From: Macrostomum lignano
Taxonomy: Eukaryota
DNA: 37,100 nt
Reading direction: 5' to 3'
Assembly (NCBI GenBank): GCA_002269645.1
Contig: NIVC01004719.1
Coordinates: forward strand, 1 to 37,100
Below, in pieces: positions 1-12,900 of this stretch (position 1 is its first letter; each line of letters opens with the position of its first letter). The position numbers and the translations under genes are program-made. The notes beneath the pieces are model-generated. The model was not told the origin of the DNA. It made no database searches and saw only the letters and a list, made by a program, of their open reading frames with translations.

Positions 1-1607
1 ATCCGCCCTTCAGGGTTGGAACCATCCGCCCTTCAGACTGAAACCATCCGCCCTTCAGACTGGAACCTCCGCCCTTCAGACTGAACCATGCGCCCTTCAG
101 ACTGGAACCATCCGCCCTTCAGACTGGAACCATCCGCCCTCAGACTGGAACCATCCGCCCTTCAGGCTGGAACCATCTGCCCATCAGACTGGAACCATCC
201 CCCTTCAGGCTGGAACCATCCGCCTTCAGACTGGAACCATCCGCCCTTCAGGTGGAACATCTGCCCTTCAGACTGGAACCATCCGCCCTTCAGGCTGGAA
301 CCATCCGCCTTCAGACTGGAACCATCCGCCCTTCAGACTGGAACCATCCGCCCTTCAGGTGGAACCATCCGCCCTTCAGTTGGAGCCATCCGCCCTTCAG
401 TTTGGAACCATCCGCCTTCAGACTGGAACCATCCACCCTTCAGACTGAAACCATCCGCCTTCAGACTGGAACCATCCACCCTTCAGACTGGAACATCCGC
501 CTTCAGGCTGGAACCATCCGCCCTTCAGACTGAACCATCCGCCTTCAGACTGGAACCATCTGCCCTTCAGGTTGGAGCCATCCGCCCTTCAGTTTGGAAC
601 CATCCGCCTTCAGACTGGAACCATCCGCCCTTCAGACTGAAACCATCCGCCTTCAGACTGGAACCATCCGCCCTTCAGACTGAAACCATCCACCCTTCAG
701 ACTGGAACCATCCGCCCTTCAGACTGGAACCATCCGCCTTCAGACTGGAACCATCCGCCCTTCAGGTTGGAACCATCTGCCCTTCAGACTGGAACCATCC
801 GCCCTTCAGGCTGGAACCATCTGCCATCAGACTGGAACCATCCGCCCTTCAGGCTGGAACCATCCGCCTTCAGACTGGAAACATCCGCCCTTCAGGTTGG
901 AACCATCCGCCTTCAGGTTGGAACCATCCGCCTTCAGGTTGGAGCCATCCGCCTTCAGTTTGGAACCATCCGCCCTTCAGACTGGAACCATCCACCCTTC
1001 AGACTGAAACCATCCGCCTTCAGGTTGGAACCATCCGCCTTCAGACTGGAACCATCCGCCCTTCAGACTGGAACCATCCGCCCTTCAGACTGGAACCATC
1101 CGCCCTTCAGGCTGGAACATCTGCCCATCAGACTGGAACCATCCGCCCTTCAGGCTGGAACCATCCGCCCTTCAGACTGGAACCATCCGCCCTTCAGACT
1201 GGAAAATCCGCCCTTCAGGTTGGAACCATCGCCCTTCAGTTTGGAACCATCCGCCCTTCAGACTGGAACCATCTGCCCTTCAGGTTGGAACCATCCGCCC
1301 TTCAGGTTGGAACCATCCGCCTTCAGGTTGGAACCATCCACCCTTCAGTTTGGAACCATCCGCCTTCAGACTGGAACCATCTGCCCTTCAGGTTGGAACC
1401 ATCCGCCCTTCAGGTTGGAACCATCCGCCCTTCAGGTTGGAACCATCCACCCTTCAGTTTGGAACCATCCGCCCTTCAGACTGGAACCATCTGCCCTTCA
1501 GGTTGGAACCATCCGCCCTTCAGGTTGGAACCAGGTTGGAACCATCCGCCCTTCAGGTTGGAACCATCGCCCTTCAGGTGGAACCATCCACCCTTCAGTT
1601 TGGAACC
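1..1607. repeat. Minisatellite, 21-22 bp unit (GGAACCATCCGCCCTTCAGACT), about 74 copies, continues past the window start
   Basis: The unit is directly visible, with variants at the last bases (GACT/GGCT/GGTT/GTTT) and 1-bp indels. The consensus has no stop codon on the + strand, which explains the long ORFs 88-1701 and 767-1780. Confidence 0.97.
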
Positions 1608-2273
1608 TGAGCATCCGGACTTCATCCTCGAGCTTGCAGGTGAGGGGTCACGTGACCCACCGGCTCAGCCCGAGTCGAGCTGCCCAGCAGAGCCGCTATG
1701 ACAAAACCAGCGAGGCGTGGCCGCCGCCCCTCCCTAAAAAATCCGAAATTCCCAATAATAAAAAATGCAATCATTTTTAGGATCGATGAAGACCCAGAGC
1801 TCAAGCAGCTTCCTTGCCGCTTCATCCTTGACTGATCTTTGTTGACAAGGAAATTCCGGGCTGACCGGAGGAAGCCCCTTTGAGGAGGCCTTGGGCGGAT
1901 CCCGGATATAAAAATCTGCAGTTGGGGAGATGGTGTGCAATTTTGATTCCCCCGTATTTCAGTGCCGGGGCCTGAAAGCAAATTTTCCCTACAGTGGGCA
2001 TCAAAAATTTCTTCAGAGGTTATTATATATTTTTGTTTCTGGTCCAATTTCGATCCGACTGTGAAATTTGATTTACCGTTTCAATTGCGGCTTCCGCGGC
2101 GGCCCGGCGGGGTCTGGGAAATCAGCCAGGCGAGCTGGCCGGCCCTGCTGGGACAAAATCCCTCCCCCGATTCCCAGTGCTTCGGCTCTGAAATATTTTT
2201 ATTGATTTTAGTGATGGCGAGGGTCGGGGAGCTGCTGGTCAGGTGCGGCGTTCACGTAGCTTACCTTATAGTA

Positions 2274-4058
2274 GAGAGTGACAGTTCTAGATGAGGAGAG
2301 TGACAGTATCAGATATGGAGAGTGCTAGTCCTACCCAAGGAGAGTGCCAGTCCTAGATAAGGAGAGTGACAGTTTAAGATGAAGAGAGTGACAGTTCTAG
2401 ATAAGGAGAGTGACAGTTTAAGATAAAGAGAGTGACAGTTCAAGATAAAGAGAGTGACAGTTCTAGATAAAGAGAGTGACAGTTCAAGATAAAGAGAGTG
2501 ACAGTTTAAGATAAAGAGGGTGACAGTTCTACATGAGGAGATTGACAGTTCTAGATGAGGAGAGTGACAGTCCTAGATAAGGAGAGTGACAGTTCACGAT
2601 GAGGAGAGTGACAGTCTCGTTGAAGAGAGTGACAGTTTCAGATATAGAGAGTGCCTGTATTAGCTAAGCAGAGTGCCAATCCTAGCTAAGGAGAGTGCCA
2701 GTCCTAGATAAGGAGAGTGCCAGTCCTAGCTAAGGAGAGTGCCAGTCCTAGATAAGGAGAGTGCCTGTACTAGCTAAGGAGAGTGCCTGTACTAGCTAAG
2801 GAGAGTGCCAGTCCTAGCTAAGGAGAGTGCCTGTACTAGCTAAGGAGAGTGCCAGTCCTAGCTAAGGAGAGTGCCTGTACTAGATAAGGAGAGTGCAAGT
2901 CCTAGCTAAGGAGAGTGCCAGTCCTAGCTAAGGAGAGTGCCTGTCCTAGATAAGGAGAGTGCCAGTCCTAGATAAGGAGAGTGCCTGTACTAGCTAAGGA
3001 GAGTGCCAGTCCTAGATAAGGAGAGTGCCTGTACTAGCTAAGGAGAGTGCCAGTCCTAGATAAGGAGAGTGCCTGTACTAGCTAAGGAGAGTGCCTGTAC
3101 TAGCTAAGGAGAGTGCCAGTCCTAGCTAAGGAAAGTGCCTGTACTAGCTAAGGAGAGTGCCAGTCCTAGATAAGGAGAGTGCCTGTACTAGATAAGGAGA
3201 GTGCAAGTCCTAGCTAAGGAGAGTGCCTGTCCTAGCTAAGGAGAGTGCCAGTCCTAGCTAAGGAGAGTGCCAGTCCTAGCTAAGGAGAGTGCCAGTCCTA
3301 GCTAAGGAGAGTGCCAGTCCTAGATAAGGAGAGTGCCAGTCCTAGCTAAGGAGAGTGCCAGTCCTAGCTAAGGAGAGTGCCAGTCCTAGATAAGGAGAGT
3401 GCCTGTACTAGCTAAGGAGAGTGCCAGTCATAGATAAGGAGAGTGCCAGTCCTAGCTAAGGAGAGTGCCAGTCCTAGATAAGGAGAGTGCCTGTCCTAGC
3501 TAAGGAGAGTGCCAGTCCTAGCTAAGGAGAGTGCCAGTCCTAGCTAAGGAGAGTGCCAGTCCTAGCTAAGGAGAGTGCCAGTCCTAGATAAGGAGAGTGC
3601 CAGTCCTAGCTAAGGAGAGTGCCAGTCCTAGCTAAGGAGAGTGCCAGTCCTAGATAAGGAGAGTGCCTGTACTAGCTAAGGAGAGTGCCAGTCATAGATA
3701 AGGAGAGTGCCAGTCCTAGCTAAGGAGAGTGCCAGTCCTAGCTAAGGAGAGTACCAGTCCTAGCTAAGGAGAGTGCCAGTCATAGATAAGGAGAGTGCCA
3801 GTCCTAGCTAAGGAGAGTGCCAGTCCTAGCTAAGGAGAGTACCAGTCCTAGCTAAGGAGAGTGCCAGTCCTAGCTAAGGAGAGTGCCAGTCCTTGATAAG
3901 GAGAGTGCCAGTCCTAGCTAAGGAGAGTGCCAGTCCTAGCTAAGGAGAGTGTCAGTCCTAGCTAAGGAGAGTGCCAGTCCTAGCTAAGGAGAGTGCCAGT
4001 CCTAGCTAAGGAGAGTGCCAGTCCTAGCTAAGGAGAGTGTCAGTCCTAGCTAAGGAGA
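2274..4058. repeat. Minisatellite, 22 bp unit (TAAGGAGAGTGCCAGTCCTAGC), about 80 copies
   Basis: Directly visible. Units at 2274-2680 are diverged (GAGAGTGACAGTTCTAGAT-type); the rest is homogeneous with recurring CTGTAC and GATA variants. Confidence 0.97.
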
Positions 4059-5214
4059 CAATAGCGACCTCCTCTATCAAAAGTAAATCTTCACTGCTGC
4101 ACTATGAAGCGGCCCAGATGACTTTGCTATCACGGAATGGCCCTTCATATGGCCCAGAGCAGGAGCGGTTGTGCCCGACCCCCCGCTATGGAGGCCAATT
4201 TCCACAATCGCCACTCGACTTCTGACGCGCTGACAAGCGACACGGGCATCGCCAGTCCCATCGGACACTCGAAAACAGGGACCAGTCTCGCCGCTGGAGC
4301 TTCTTCGCGCCACTCTGACGGCCAGATGGGCTTCGGTGGAATTCCTGAGTTTTTTGCCGGAGTCTGCTATGTGCAATTAAGCTGGGGGGAGGGGGAGGCT
4401 GGACGATGAAGCGCCCCTCCCCGGAGGCGCCACTTGAAGAAGGCGCAGCAGCGCCTTTCAAATTCTTGAAGAACCACCGCAGATTTTTTGTTTAATAAGT
4501 GGCTCGGCGGACAGTTTTTGATAGATTGGCTGCGCCTCTCGCTGTTCAATTATTGTCAGAGAGTCGCATTATTGAGAGGCCATCCGCCCCCTGTGTCACT
4601 TCTTCTGCTTCTTGACTCTTGACTGCTTCAATAAAAGAGATATTGGCGGGCCCTGCATAAACAAACAGCCGGGCGGGCACGTGGGGCCATAAATTTTCAT
4701 TTCTCCACGGCCGTCTCTCGACCTGGATTGTTGTTTTAAAAACTCGGCCGGCCATTAATGCCCCGCGGTCAGCTGAACCTGCGAATCCAATGTTGCCACT
4801 TTCCTATAGAAATCTCGGGAGGTGCCAGAAATCCATTTTTAGCGCAGCTGCGGAGCAAAATTCCTTCTGGCAAAAAACTCCACTTCAATCTTTTTGCTCC
4901 CCGGGACCCCCCGGCTCCTCCCGAAACCGCGATCGAACACGGGGGCCATCTGGTCCGAGTTCGGCACAGCTAAGAATATGGAATATTTTAATGAACTTCG
5001 AAGACCGCACCTCACCCCCCTTCCTTGTTCGAACTCGCAGCCTCATTGGTGCCTCATCCATGCGATTCTTTGCTCCGCTGCTTTTGTCACTTTTGAAATT
5101 TATTGATTGATTGACTGACTGGGGGCAGGCAAGTTAATGCTGACTGGGCCTGACCTGGGGGTCCGGGATCTGGGCGGCTCCGGCTGGGAGGAAAGGTGGT
5201 GACAAATTTGGAGG

Positions 5215-5896
5215 GACAGGTAGAGACAGGAGTGGAGAGTCAGAGAGATACGAGGAGAGAGTCAGAGAGGGGAGGTAAGAGAGTCTGTGAAGAAGAAGAG
5301 AGAGTCAGTGGAGATGGCAGGGAGGCAGGGAGGCAGGGAGGGAGGCAGAGAGATGAGGAGAGAGAGTCGGAGATGAGGAGAGATAATCAGGGGAGATGAG
5401 GAGAGAGAGTCAGGGGAGATGAGGAGAGAGAGTCAGGGGAGATGAGGAGAGAGAGTCAGGGGAGATGAGGAGAGAGAGTCAGGGGAGATGAGGAGAGAGA
5501 GTCAGGCGAGATGAGGAGAGAGAGTCAGAGGAGATGAGGAGAGAGAGTCAGGCGAGATGAGGAGAGAGAGTCAGGGGAGATGAGGAGAGAGAGTCAGGCG
5601 AGATGAGGAGAGAGAGTCAGGCGAGATGAGGAGAGAGAGTCAGGGGAGATGAGGAGAGAGAGTCAGGAGAGATGGAGAGAGAGAGTCAGGGGAGATGAGG
5701 AGAGAGAGTCAGGCGAGATGAGGAGAGAGAGTCAGGGGAGATGAGGAGAGAGAGTCAGGCGAGATGAGGAGAGAGAGTCAGGCGAGATGAGGAGAGAGAG
5801 TCAGGCGAGATGAGGAGAGAGAGTCAGGGGAGATGAGGAGAGAGAGTCAGGGGAGATGAGGAGAGAGAGTCAGGGGAGATGGGGAGAGTCAGAGAC
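5215..5896. repeat. Purine-rich tract with a 23 bp minisatellite core (GAGAGAGAGTCAGGGGAGATGAG), about 22 copies at 5351-5880
   Basis: The 23-bp period can be checked directly (5401 vs 5424). The + strand is almost all purine. Confidence 0.95.
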
Positions 5897-6764
5897 GGGG
5901 CTGCTCCTTATTCGAGCAAAGCAGGCAGTTAATTTCCAGGGCCTTTATCAAGGTGCCACAGCTTGTATAAATAAGCTGAAGGCCAATAAATTCAAATAGG
6001 TGCGCGGCAATATCGGCCTCTGAAAGGCCCAGTCTCGCTTTCTTCCCCTATTGGCCCTCCCTGGTCCCAGCGCAGGCTTTCCCACAAAAAAGATAGACAG
6101 GAACGGCCCATTTCCCCTTTGGCCGAAGTTTTATTACAAGACCCTTAATTTACCGCCAGCGGCTGAGGGGTAAAAATCATTGGGCGGTCAAATCGCAGGA
6201 GTGTAATTATCCCCCCCCCGTGCGTGGCCAACCGTTTCGTTGCGGCACCTGGCGCGGTCATCGCCCCCGGCAGGTGTGGAAGAGAGCCGCCGCCGCCGCT
6301 GTGCTCGCGTGCGATCAGGCTGTGAAAGCCGATGCCAGACTTGGGAACCCATTGTGACATCGGGGTCTGTGGGAAAGTGGGAACCGATGGGGCGCTGGGC
6401 CACCCTCCCCCACACCGCAAACTAAAACACAATTTGCCGGCTTGTTGTCGCAACAAGAGCCCCTCTTGTCCGTATCTCCTCCACTGCCCCAACTCTGCCT
6501 GCCCCACCTCTGCCTCGCCCAGCCAATGGCGACCCGTCTGGCTCACAGCTGTGCCCAAGCAGCCTCCAACCTCCACAGTGTACAGCCCTCAGTCTTCATA
6601 ATAATAATAATCATATCTGCCCCCCTCTGGACCGGAGAGACCCCAAGGGGGAGCAGAGCGCCTTGTCTACCAGCCCAGCCCAGCGACTCGGCATCCGCAG
6701 TCTTCGGACCAGCAAAGCGCTCCAAGCAGATCTCCACACAGCCTGCCTTCCTGTCCCTCTCCGC

Positions 6765-6987
6765 ATGGAGTCCGCTGTGCACCACGGAGGCGGCAGCGGC
6801 GGCGGGGCGACAACTGCGGGTGCTGCTGCGTCAGCCGCTGCAGACGTGTACACCCACCATCACCTGCAGCAGCAGCAGCAGCACGCCATGGCCCTGGGCG
6901 CCACCGGGATGTTCATGGCGGGCCAGCACCAGCACCATCCGGCAGCCTCCATGGCCGGAGCACCCCTGGGCCTGTTCAACTTCAATG
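6765..6987 (+). CDS. Exon 1 of the zinc-finger gene (MESAVHHGGGSGGG...HHHLQQQQQHAMALG...LGLFNFN)
   Basis: ATG at 6765, GC-rich His/Gln/Ala/Gly codons like the downstream exons, donor AATG|GTGAGT at 6987/6988 (phase 1). It joins in frame to 22465, giving ...FNFN-A-ASLWTQQHELYK. Linkage across 15.5 kb is inferred from phase and composition. Confidence 0.72.
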
Positions 6988-9900
6988 GTGAGTTTACATT
7001 GCCTTGAGTCCCCGCTTCGAACTCTGAGAGCGAGACGGGAAGGTAGCAAAAAGAAAGACAGACGATAGTTGAGAAACTTGAAGACCTGGGAAGAAGAAGT
7101 TTGGGAGGAGGCAGCACTGGAGCTGGCGAGCACAAGAGGCAAAACAACCGGAGGGCCAGCGCCTCGGGCGTGATTGATGAAGTTGTGCTGCCGGCCGGGT
7201 GGGTAGAAGCGACAGCGTTTTGAAGGGGGTGCCGCCGTGTCTCCCTTCTCCCCCCGGCCGGTTTCTGTGATAATCCCCCACTTCCCTGCCTCAGAAGCTG
7301 CTGCCGTGTTGTGCGTTCGATCCGCCTCCTCAGCACAGTCGGCAAGTTGCTCGAATGAGAGGGGGCAGCACCGGGCAGGTGAGAGGGGAGAAAATCGCAG
7401 CAGACTCCCGGCTGACGCGATGAGGTGCGCGGCATGGCAGGCGGAGTTGAGAAGGGGGAAAATTTAATTATTCCAACTGTCAGCGCCCTCCTGTCCCCTC
7501 GGATCCCTGCCGCTCTCTCGCCGTCCCCCCTCTGCTGGGCTGTCGCACCTGGTTGTGAATTTTTTGGAAAATTTAAAATCTTCCCATATCTTCGGCCCTC
7601 CCCCTACCTGCTCCTTTTTTCTTCCCCTTGGCTTTCTTATTCTCCCTTAGTTCTCACCCATCAGGGTCGGCCCTGTTCTGCTTCTTCACACATGGCTTCG
7701 TGTCTTCCCCATCGTTTCTGGGAGCTCGGGGATCTGCAGGGGGAGGCTTCCCCGCCCTCCACAGCTCCCGTAGGACACCCCCCCCCCCGAAGTGGTCGGC
7801 CAGCTCGAGTCCTATTTAGTCAGAATGCTTCGAGCGATGCTTATCAGGCTGAGCAGGGGGGGACGTGCTGTTGGGGCGACACCGGCAGCGGGTCTGCAAA
7901 TATGCGCTGAATGAATGGCTGGCCCGGACACGGATCTGCTTGGGAGGCCACCGGCAAGTTGAGAATTCCATTTTCAAGGATTTCTGCTACAAATTTAAGA
8001 CTTGCGGCTTGAACTTTTTGTTATGAAGAAAGTTATTAAAAAAATCTAAAAAACAGAAGCCGACCTACTCATAACTGAGCGAGAGAGGGGCTCAAGTGGA
8101 AGAGGGGAGGAGCGAGAAATGAGAAATGAAATCTGAATTTTAGCCTTCAGGGACATTGGGGGCTTCTCTGTTTGGCGTGGCTTGGTGTTTTAAAATTTAT
8201 CCCCAGGAAGGCCTGAGTTGGGGAGCAGAGGGGGGGGGGGTTTAGCGAGGGAGTTATGAAAATTCATTTCAAGGCTGTCCAACTTCTGACTGAGCACAGA
8301 CCAAATTTTGAGCTGGGAAAATGAGTGGAACAACCCGGACTGCGTGCGAGCTCAAATAAATCACCTCATTCTCCTCCAGCTGCGGGGAGCCCAGCTATTT
8401 TCCTTAGTTTTTTTACACCTACTCAGCCCAGTGTTATTAATATTCCCCACCTCTTCCCCTCGCTGCCTCGTTCAGTTTTTTTCTTAATATAAAATTCGCC
8501 ATTTTGGCAATATTAGAGTCGAAAACTGTGGTGAGCACCCCGGCTGAGCCAGTGGCGCAGGGCCAGCGCAGGCTGAGCAGGGGGAGGCGACCAAGGGGGG
8601 GAGGGACTTAAAAAATGGCTGAAATCTCACAGGAAGCGGAGAGAAGGAAAGTGCAGCACAGGCTGGTGGCTGAGTGGTTTGGCTTTCGTCAGATAATTCA
8701 ATTTGTTAAAATGCAGTCCAAGCCTTTCATAAATCTTGACCACGGGGCCGTGGAGGGCAGCTCTGGAGGCTCGGGCCGAAGCAGCATGCGCGCCCCTCTC
8801 GGGAAGGAAGTGGAGAGCTGGGGAGGCCACCGAGCTGCCTGGGAGAAAAGGCGGAATTTTGAATTTAATGAACTCCCCCGGTGCACCTCGGGCTTCGGGG
8901 TGCGAGGCCTGTGATTAGGGAGCTGCGCAACTTCTGTACGTACGAGCACCTCGGGTCTGCGCCAGTTTCTTCCCCTGGATATTGTGCGATGCAGGGAGTT
9001 AGAAATAGGGGATTCATTCTTCCCTTTCCTCCGGGATCCGAGTGGGAATCCAAGTTTAGCAGGAAGCGTCTCGACCCGACCCTCGCAGGAGTTTATTCAC
9101 AAGTCGAGTAAAGCGCCCGAGAATTTAACAATTGCTGGGAAGTTTTGGAAGAGAGGCACTGCTCCGGTTTGGGGAGGGACGGAATCCCCTCAGAGAGGAT
9201 AATTGCAGGCTCGACTTGCAGGGGATGGGGAATTAAACTCGAAACAGGCAAACTGCCAAGCAACTTGGGCTGCGGGTCCGAGGGGTGGCGCTCGCTCGGA
9301 TACAGATTCACTTCAACTCGGCGTGAAAGCGGGAGAATTAGCTTCATCCTAATGCTTATCATGAGCAGGCCGAGCAGCCCTCAGCCCTGCATGATCCGCT
9401 CTTCTCCCCGAGTTTGTGCCTTGAAGCGTGTCCCTTTGACAAAAAAATATTTTGCCAGTTTTTTTCACTCGAATGAAGGCGTGAGGCCTCCTTTTGCAAC
9501 CATTTATGCGGCTAAGGCCCGGGGATTATAATTAAGGCACGCAGCCTCCCCCCCCCCGTGTGCCGAGGCATGCGGCGAGCTCGGCTTTCAAACAATTCAA
9601 GTGAATAAATTGTCACCGAGACTAACAATGACGCGTGTTTTTGTTTTAATCCCCTCATTAATTTAGGCCGGGAAGGGAGAGGGGATGAGGGGATGAGTGA
9701 GTCGAAATAAGAGGCAAAATAAGCTGAATAAGTTTTTCGTGAGTTTCGTCTCAACTCTCGTGAGGCGGGCCGAAAGACTCAATAAAGTAAAGGATAGGCT
9801 GAGCAGGGACTGGTTTAATTGGGTAAGCCGACACGGCAGCTTGCGGCTTGCGGGGCTTCGACGGAAATGTCGCTCACCTCCCCCCTCTCGGTGAAAGTTG

Positions 9901-12900
9901 CTCAATGTTGTTGCTTTTAGCCAGCTGATGCTTCTGCTTGTTCTTGTCTCAGATTTTAATAAAGCCGCAGAAGCAGCCTCTGAATGCAGGGGACTTCGCT
10001 GGTCAGGCAAAAGGCGCCACCACAGGGGAGACAAAGCCGGCAGGAAATTAAAGGAATGCGAGTTGAACCCCAATTTGGCAAAAACATGAATTCCATAAAC
10101 TGTCGAGCTGGTTGAGAATTAGTTTAGAAACGCCAGAGCGGTGTTATATTGCAGCTAAAAAACATATTATTTTTTTTAGTTGGCGGCCGGGCCGCACGCA
10201 TGCATGATTGAACACCAAATCGAAATCTGGCACCCTCGGCAAATACAAAGTTATAATTTATTTCAACGGCACTTGCAATTCGCAATCAGAAGAGAGAGAC
10301 CGCGCAGCTCTTTAGGGAGGAAAAGTGGCATAAAAAAGGCAAATTTTTGCTTCTTTTTCGGCGTGTAAACTGATCTTGCGGTTGGAGAACTGACTTTCAA
10401 TTTAATAGACGAACTTCGCTTGAGCAGCGGGCCGAAGTTGCGACAGGCCATTTGCATATTTTGGGAGTTGAAGTTTCCGGCCTTACAGATTCCAACTGCA
10501 ATAATTCGCCTTACCTTATTTAGGTTTCACTCAGAAATTCGATAAGCATCGTTCGAATTCGAATACGCACCCGCCAGCTCTCAAACGAGAGAGCGAAGAG
10601 GGAGACTGCAGGACAGCGGGCGAGCAACCCCCAAGCTGGGATGGGGAAATACTGCCGGCCTTCCAATTGCCCGCTTATCTACCGCCCTCCTGTCTGTTAA
10701 GCGCCAAAGCAGACAGACAACTTCTTTTCCCCCTGAAGCGTGCACCGGGCGCTCAGCCGAATGGATTCGTTTTTTAAAAGGCGCAACCCAAGTTTACAAT
10801 TAGCCCGCGATCCCGAAACCAGACTGGCCGAGGAGCCCGCGACACGCCCGAGGTTATCAGCTGGGGGTCCCGCCCTAAGCCTGGGGGGAACAACTGGAGG
10901 CTGGGAGAGTTTTTGAAATCGAAAACGCCCTCGCCCAGCATGCCACACTGCTGAGGGCCTGTCATGTTGTGTGTTTTGCGCCTGCCTGTGGAAAGTCCTC
11001 CGGGGCCCCAACCCCATTGGTCTGGCCTGCCTGCCTGCCTTCCTGCTCGCGAAATTCAAACAACACAACAAACTGCAAGTTTAAAACTTCAATTCTGTTT
11101 CACTGGCTGCCCGGACCCCAGAGAACAGGCTGAAAGTGTATTTAAATTTAGGGGGGCTGGTGCTGCTTTAATGGAGGGGGTTGGCGGCCTGAATCAAAAT
11201 CAGCTGGAGGGTCCTGAGCTGCGCGAAGACGCCCCCCATGCCTTGTCGGCTTGTGTGACTCAGAGAGAAAGTTTCACGCGCTCAGCCCGGCCCCACCCCC
11301 ACCCCACCCCCCTTCAAATCAAACCCCCCACGCTCTTGCAGGAATAAAGCTCTGATTTCACTCAAAGCGAGAAATTTAAACCTGCAAAACCGATTAGACA
11401 GGCGAAAGGGGGGATGCGCGTTGGTGGGGCCCGAAGCCGGGGCTATGAAAATTTAAATGAAGCCCCACGCGCCCTTCTTAATATACGGCTTGGGCCACTC
11501 ACAGCACGCAGGGACTTCCACGACTGACACTTGAAACTCAATCTGACCCTGTTGTGCGCCTCTGCCCTCCTCCACTGGCCTCGAGATCCACAATTTTTTT
11601 TAAATTCTTTCTTCACCGCAGCACATTGGGGGGGACCTACATGTGAATTGAGTTTGAAGGCCCCTGAGCTGCCTGCCAGTGCAAGCCAAAAAGCCTTCAA
11701 AGTCCCACCAGCCAAAAAGTTTCTTTTTTTTCGCCAGAGTTTTGGCCCAGAAAACTTATTATTTTTTCCTGTTTGGCTGCGCAAGTCTGGCCGCTGCGTG
11801 TCTGCTTGAGCCGGGCATGTCTTAAGACTCTTAAACAATTTCAACACAAATATTTGCTCTCCGGGACTGCAAACTGCGAAGAACCAAAATAGTAAGTTTA
11901 AACAACTCGGAATTTTTTCTATTTTTTACACTGTATTCGCACGGGGTGGCCGGCTTATCAGTTTGCATTTTTTGGGGAAAATTAGAATTTATATTCATCA
12001 CCTCTCTTTGTCGACTTGCTGGCAGGGGTGGGCCTGGGGCATTTTTGATGCGCGCAATATTCAAAAATACGAAGCTCGCTCTCTTCTTTCGCGGTTTTCA
12101 TTCTTGCAGCAGCAAGCGATGATGCCAGGCAAATTTCTCTTTGGCCTTCTCCCCGGGTTTTAAACAGTTTGTCAATTCTGCAGCAGGAACTCAGTAATTG
12201 CGGCCTTTTAGTGATTTTTTGCTCTGCTGTTTATTACGGTTTGCCGCTTCATAATTTGTAATTTGTCCCTTGCGGAACCTGCATGGCACTCCATGTTCTC
12301 AGCTGCCCTGAGCCATGATGGAGCTGTGAGAGGGGGCTGGTGTCCTGGCTTTGGTTTCACAACTGGTCTCAAAAAATCTGGACACCCCCACCGGCGCTAG
12401 CATTCCAGCACGCGGGTTGCAGGGACAAAACTCCACGGCACCGTGTCGGGCCGGTTAATCCCATTAAAGGCATTTTGGGAGCGGTGCGGCCGGTCTAAAT
12501 TAAATTAGAATGAAGTTTGCTGTGTTTCCGGCCGGTCCTCGAGCTGGCGGCTCCCGCGCGGTGCCACTCAGGCCGCAACGGCCGACCACCTCTTTTGAAA
12601 CGGCGGGTGCCCCTTTTCTATAATCCCCTCCGCGCTCTTCCAATCCCCATTGTCTCCGCCATCCGTCAGACACTTTGGCTGGTGCAGGTCAGCCTAAAAA
12701 ACCCACCTGGAGTTCGCCAATCTCAAATCCCAACCCTGCCCCCCGCCTCTCCTGAACAAGAGCGGCTGGTGATTAATGGAAAAATGGAAAATGGGCATCT
12801 GATTATTGCCCTGTAGGGTATTGATGAGCGCAGATAACTTTTTTGCTTTTATAATAAAAAAGTTAATCTGACTGACTGAAGTGACTGGGTGGCTGCAGTT

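Noticed and set aside
88-1780. 537-aa and 337-aa ORFs (WNHPPFRLEPS repeats)
   Set aside because: They are translations of a 21/22-bp array whose unit lacks + strand stops. Frames switch at every indel, so there is no codon-level constraint.
4137-4409. 90-aa ORF in a GC-balanced patch after the 22-bp array
   Set aside because: No recognisable motif and no strong splice signals; cannot be supported without expression data.
2285-5880. Shared AGATGAGGAGAG between the 22-bp array's diverged end and the 23-bp array
   Set aside because: Both are GA-rich low-complexity sequence, so a 12-nt match is weak evidence of common origin.
5966-5973. TATA-like TATAAATA about 800 bp upstream of the ATG
   Set aside because: Similar words occur repeatedly in the AT-rich patches (e.g. 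about 1905, 8488, 19997); the transcription start is unknown.
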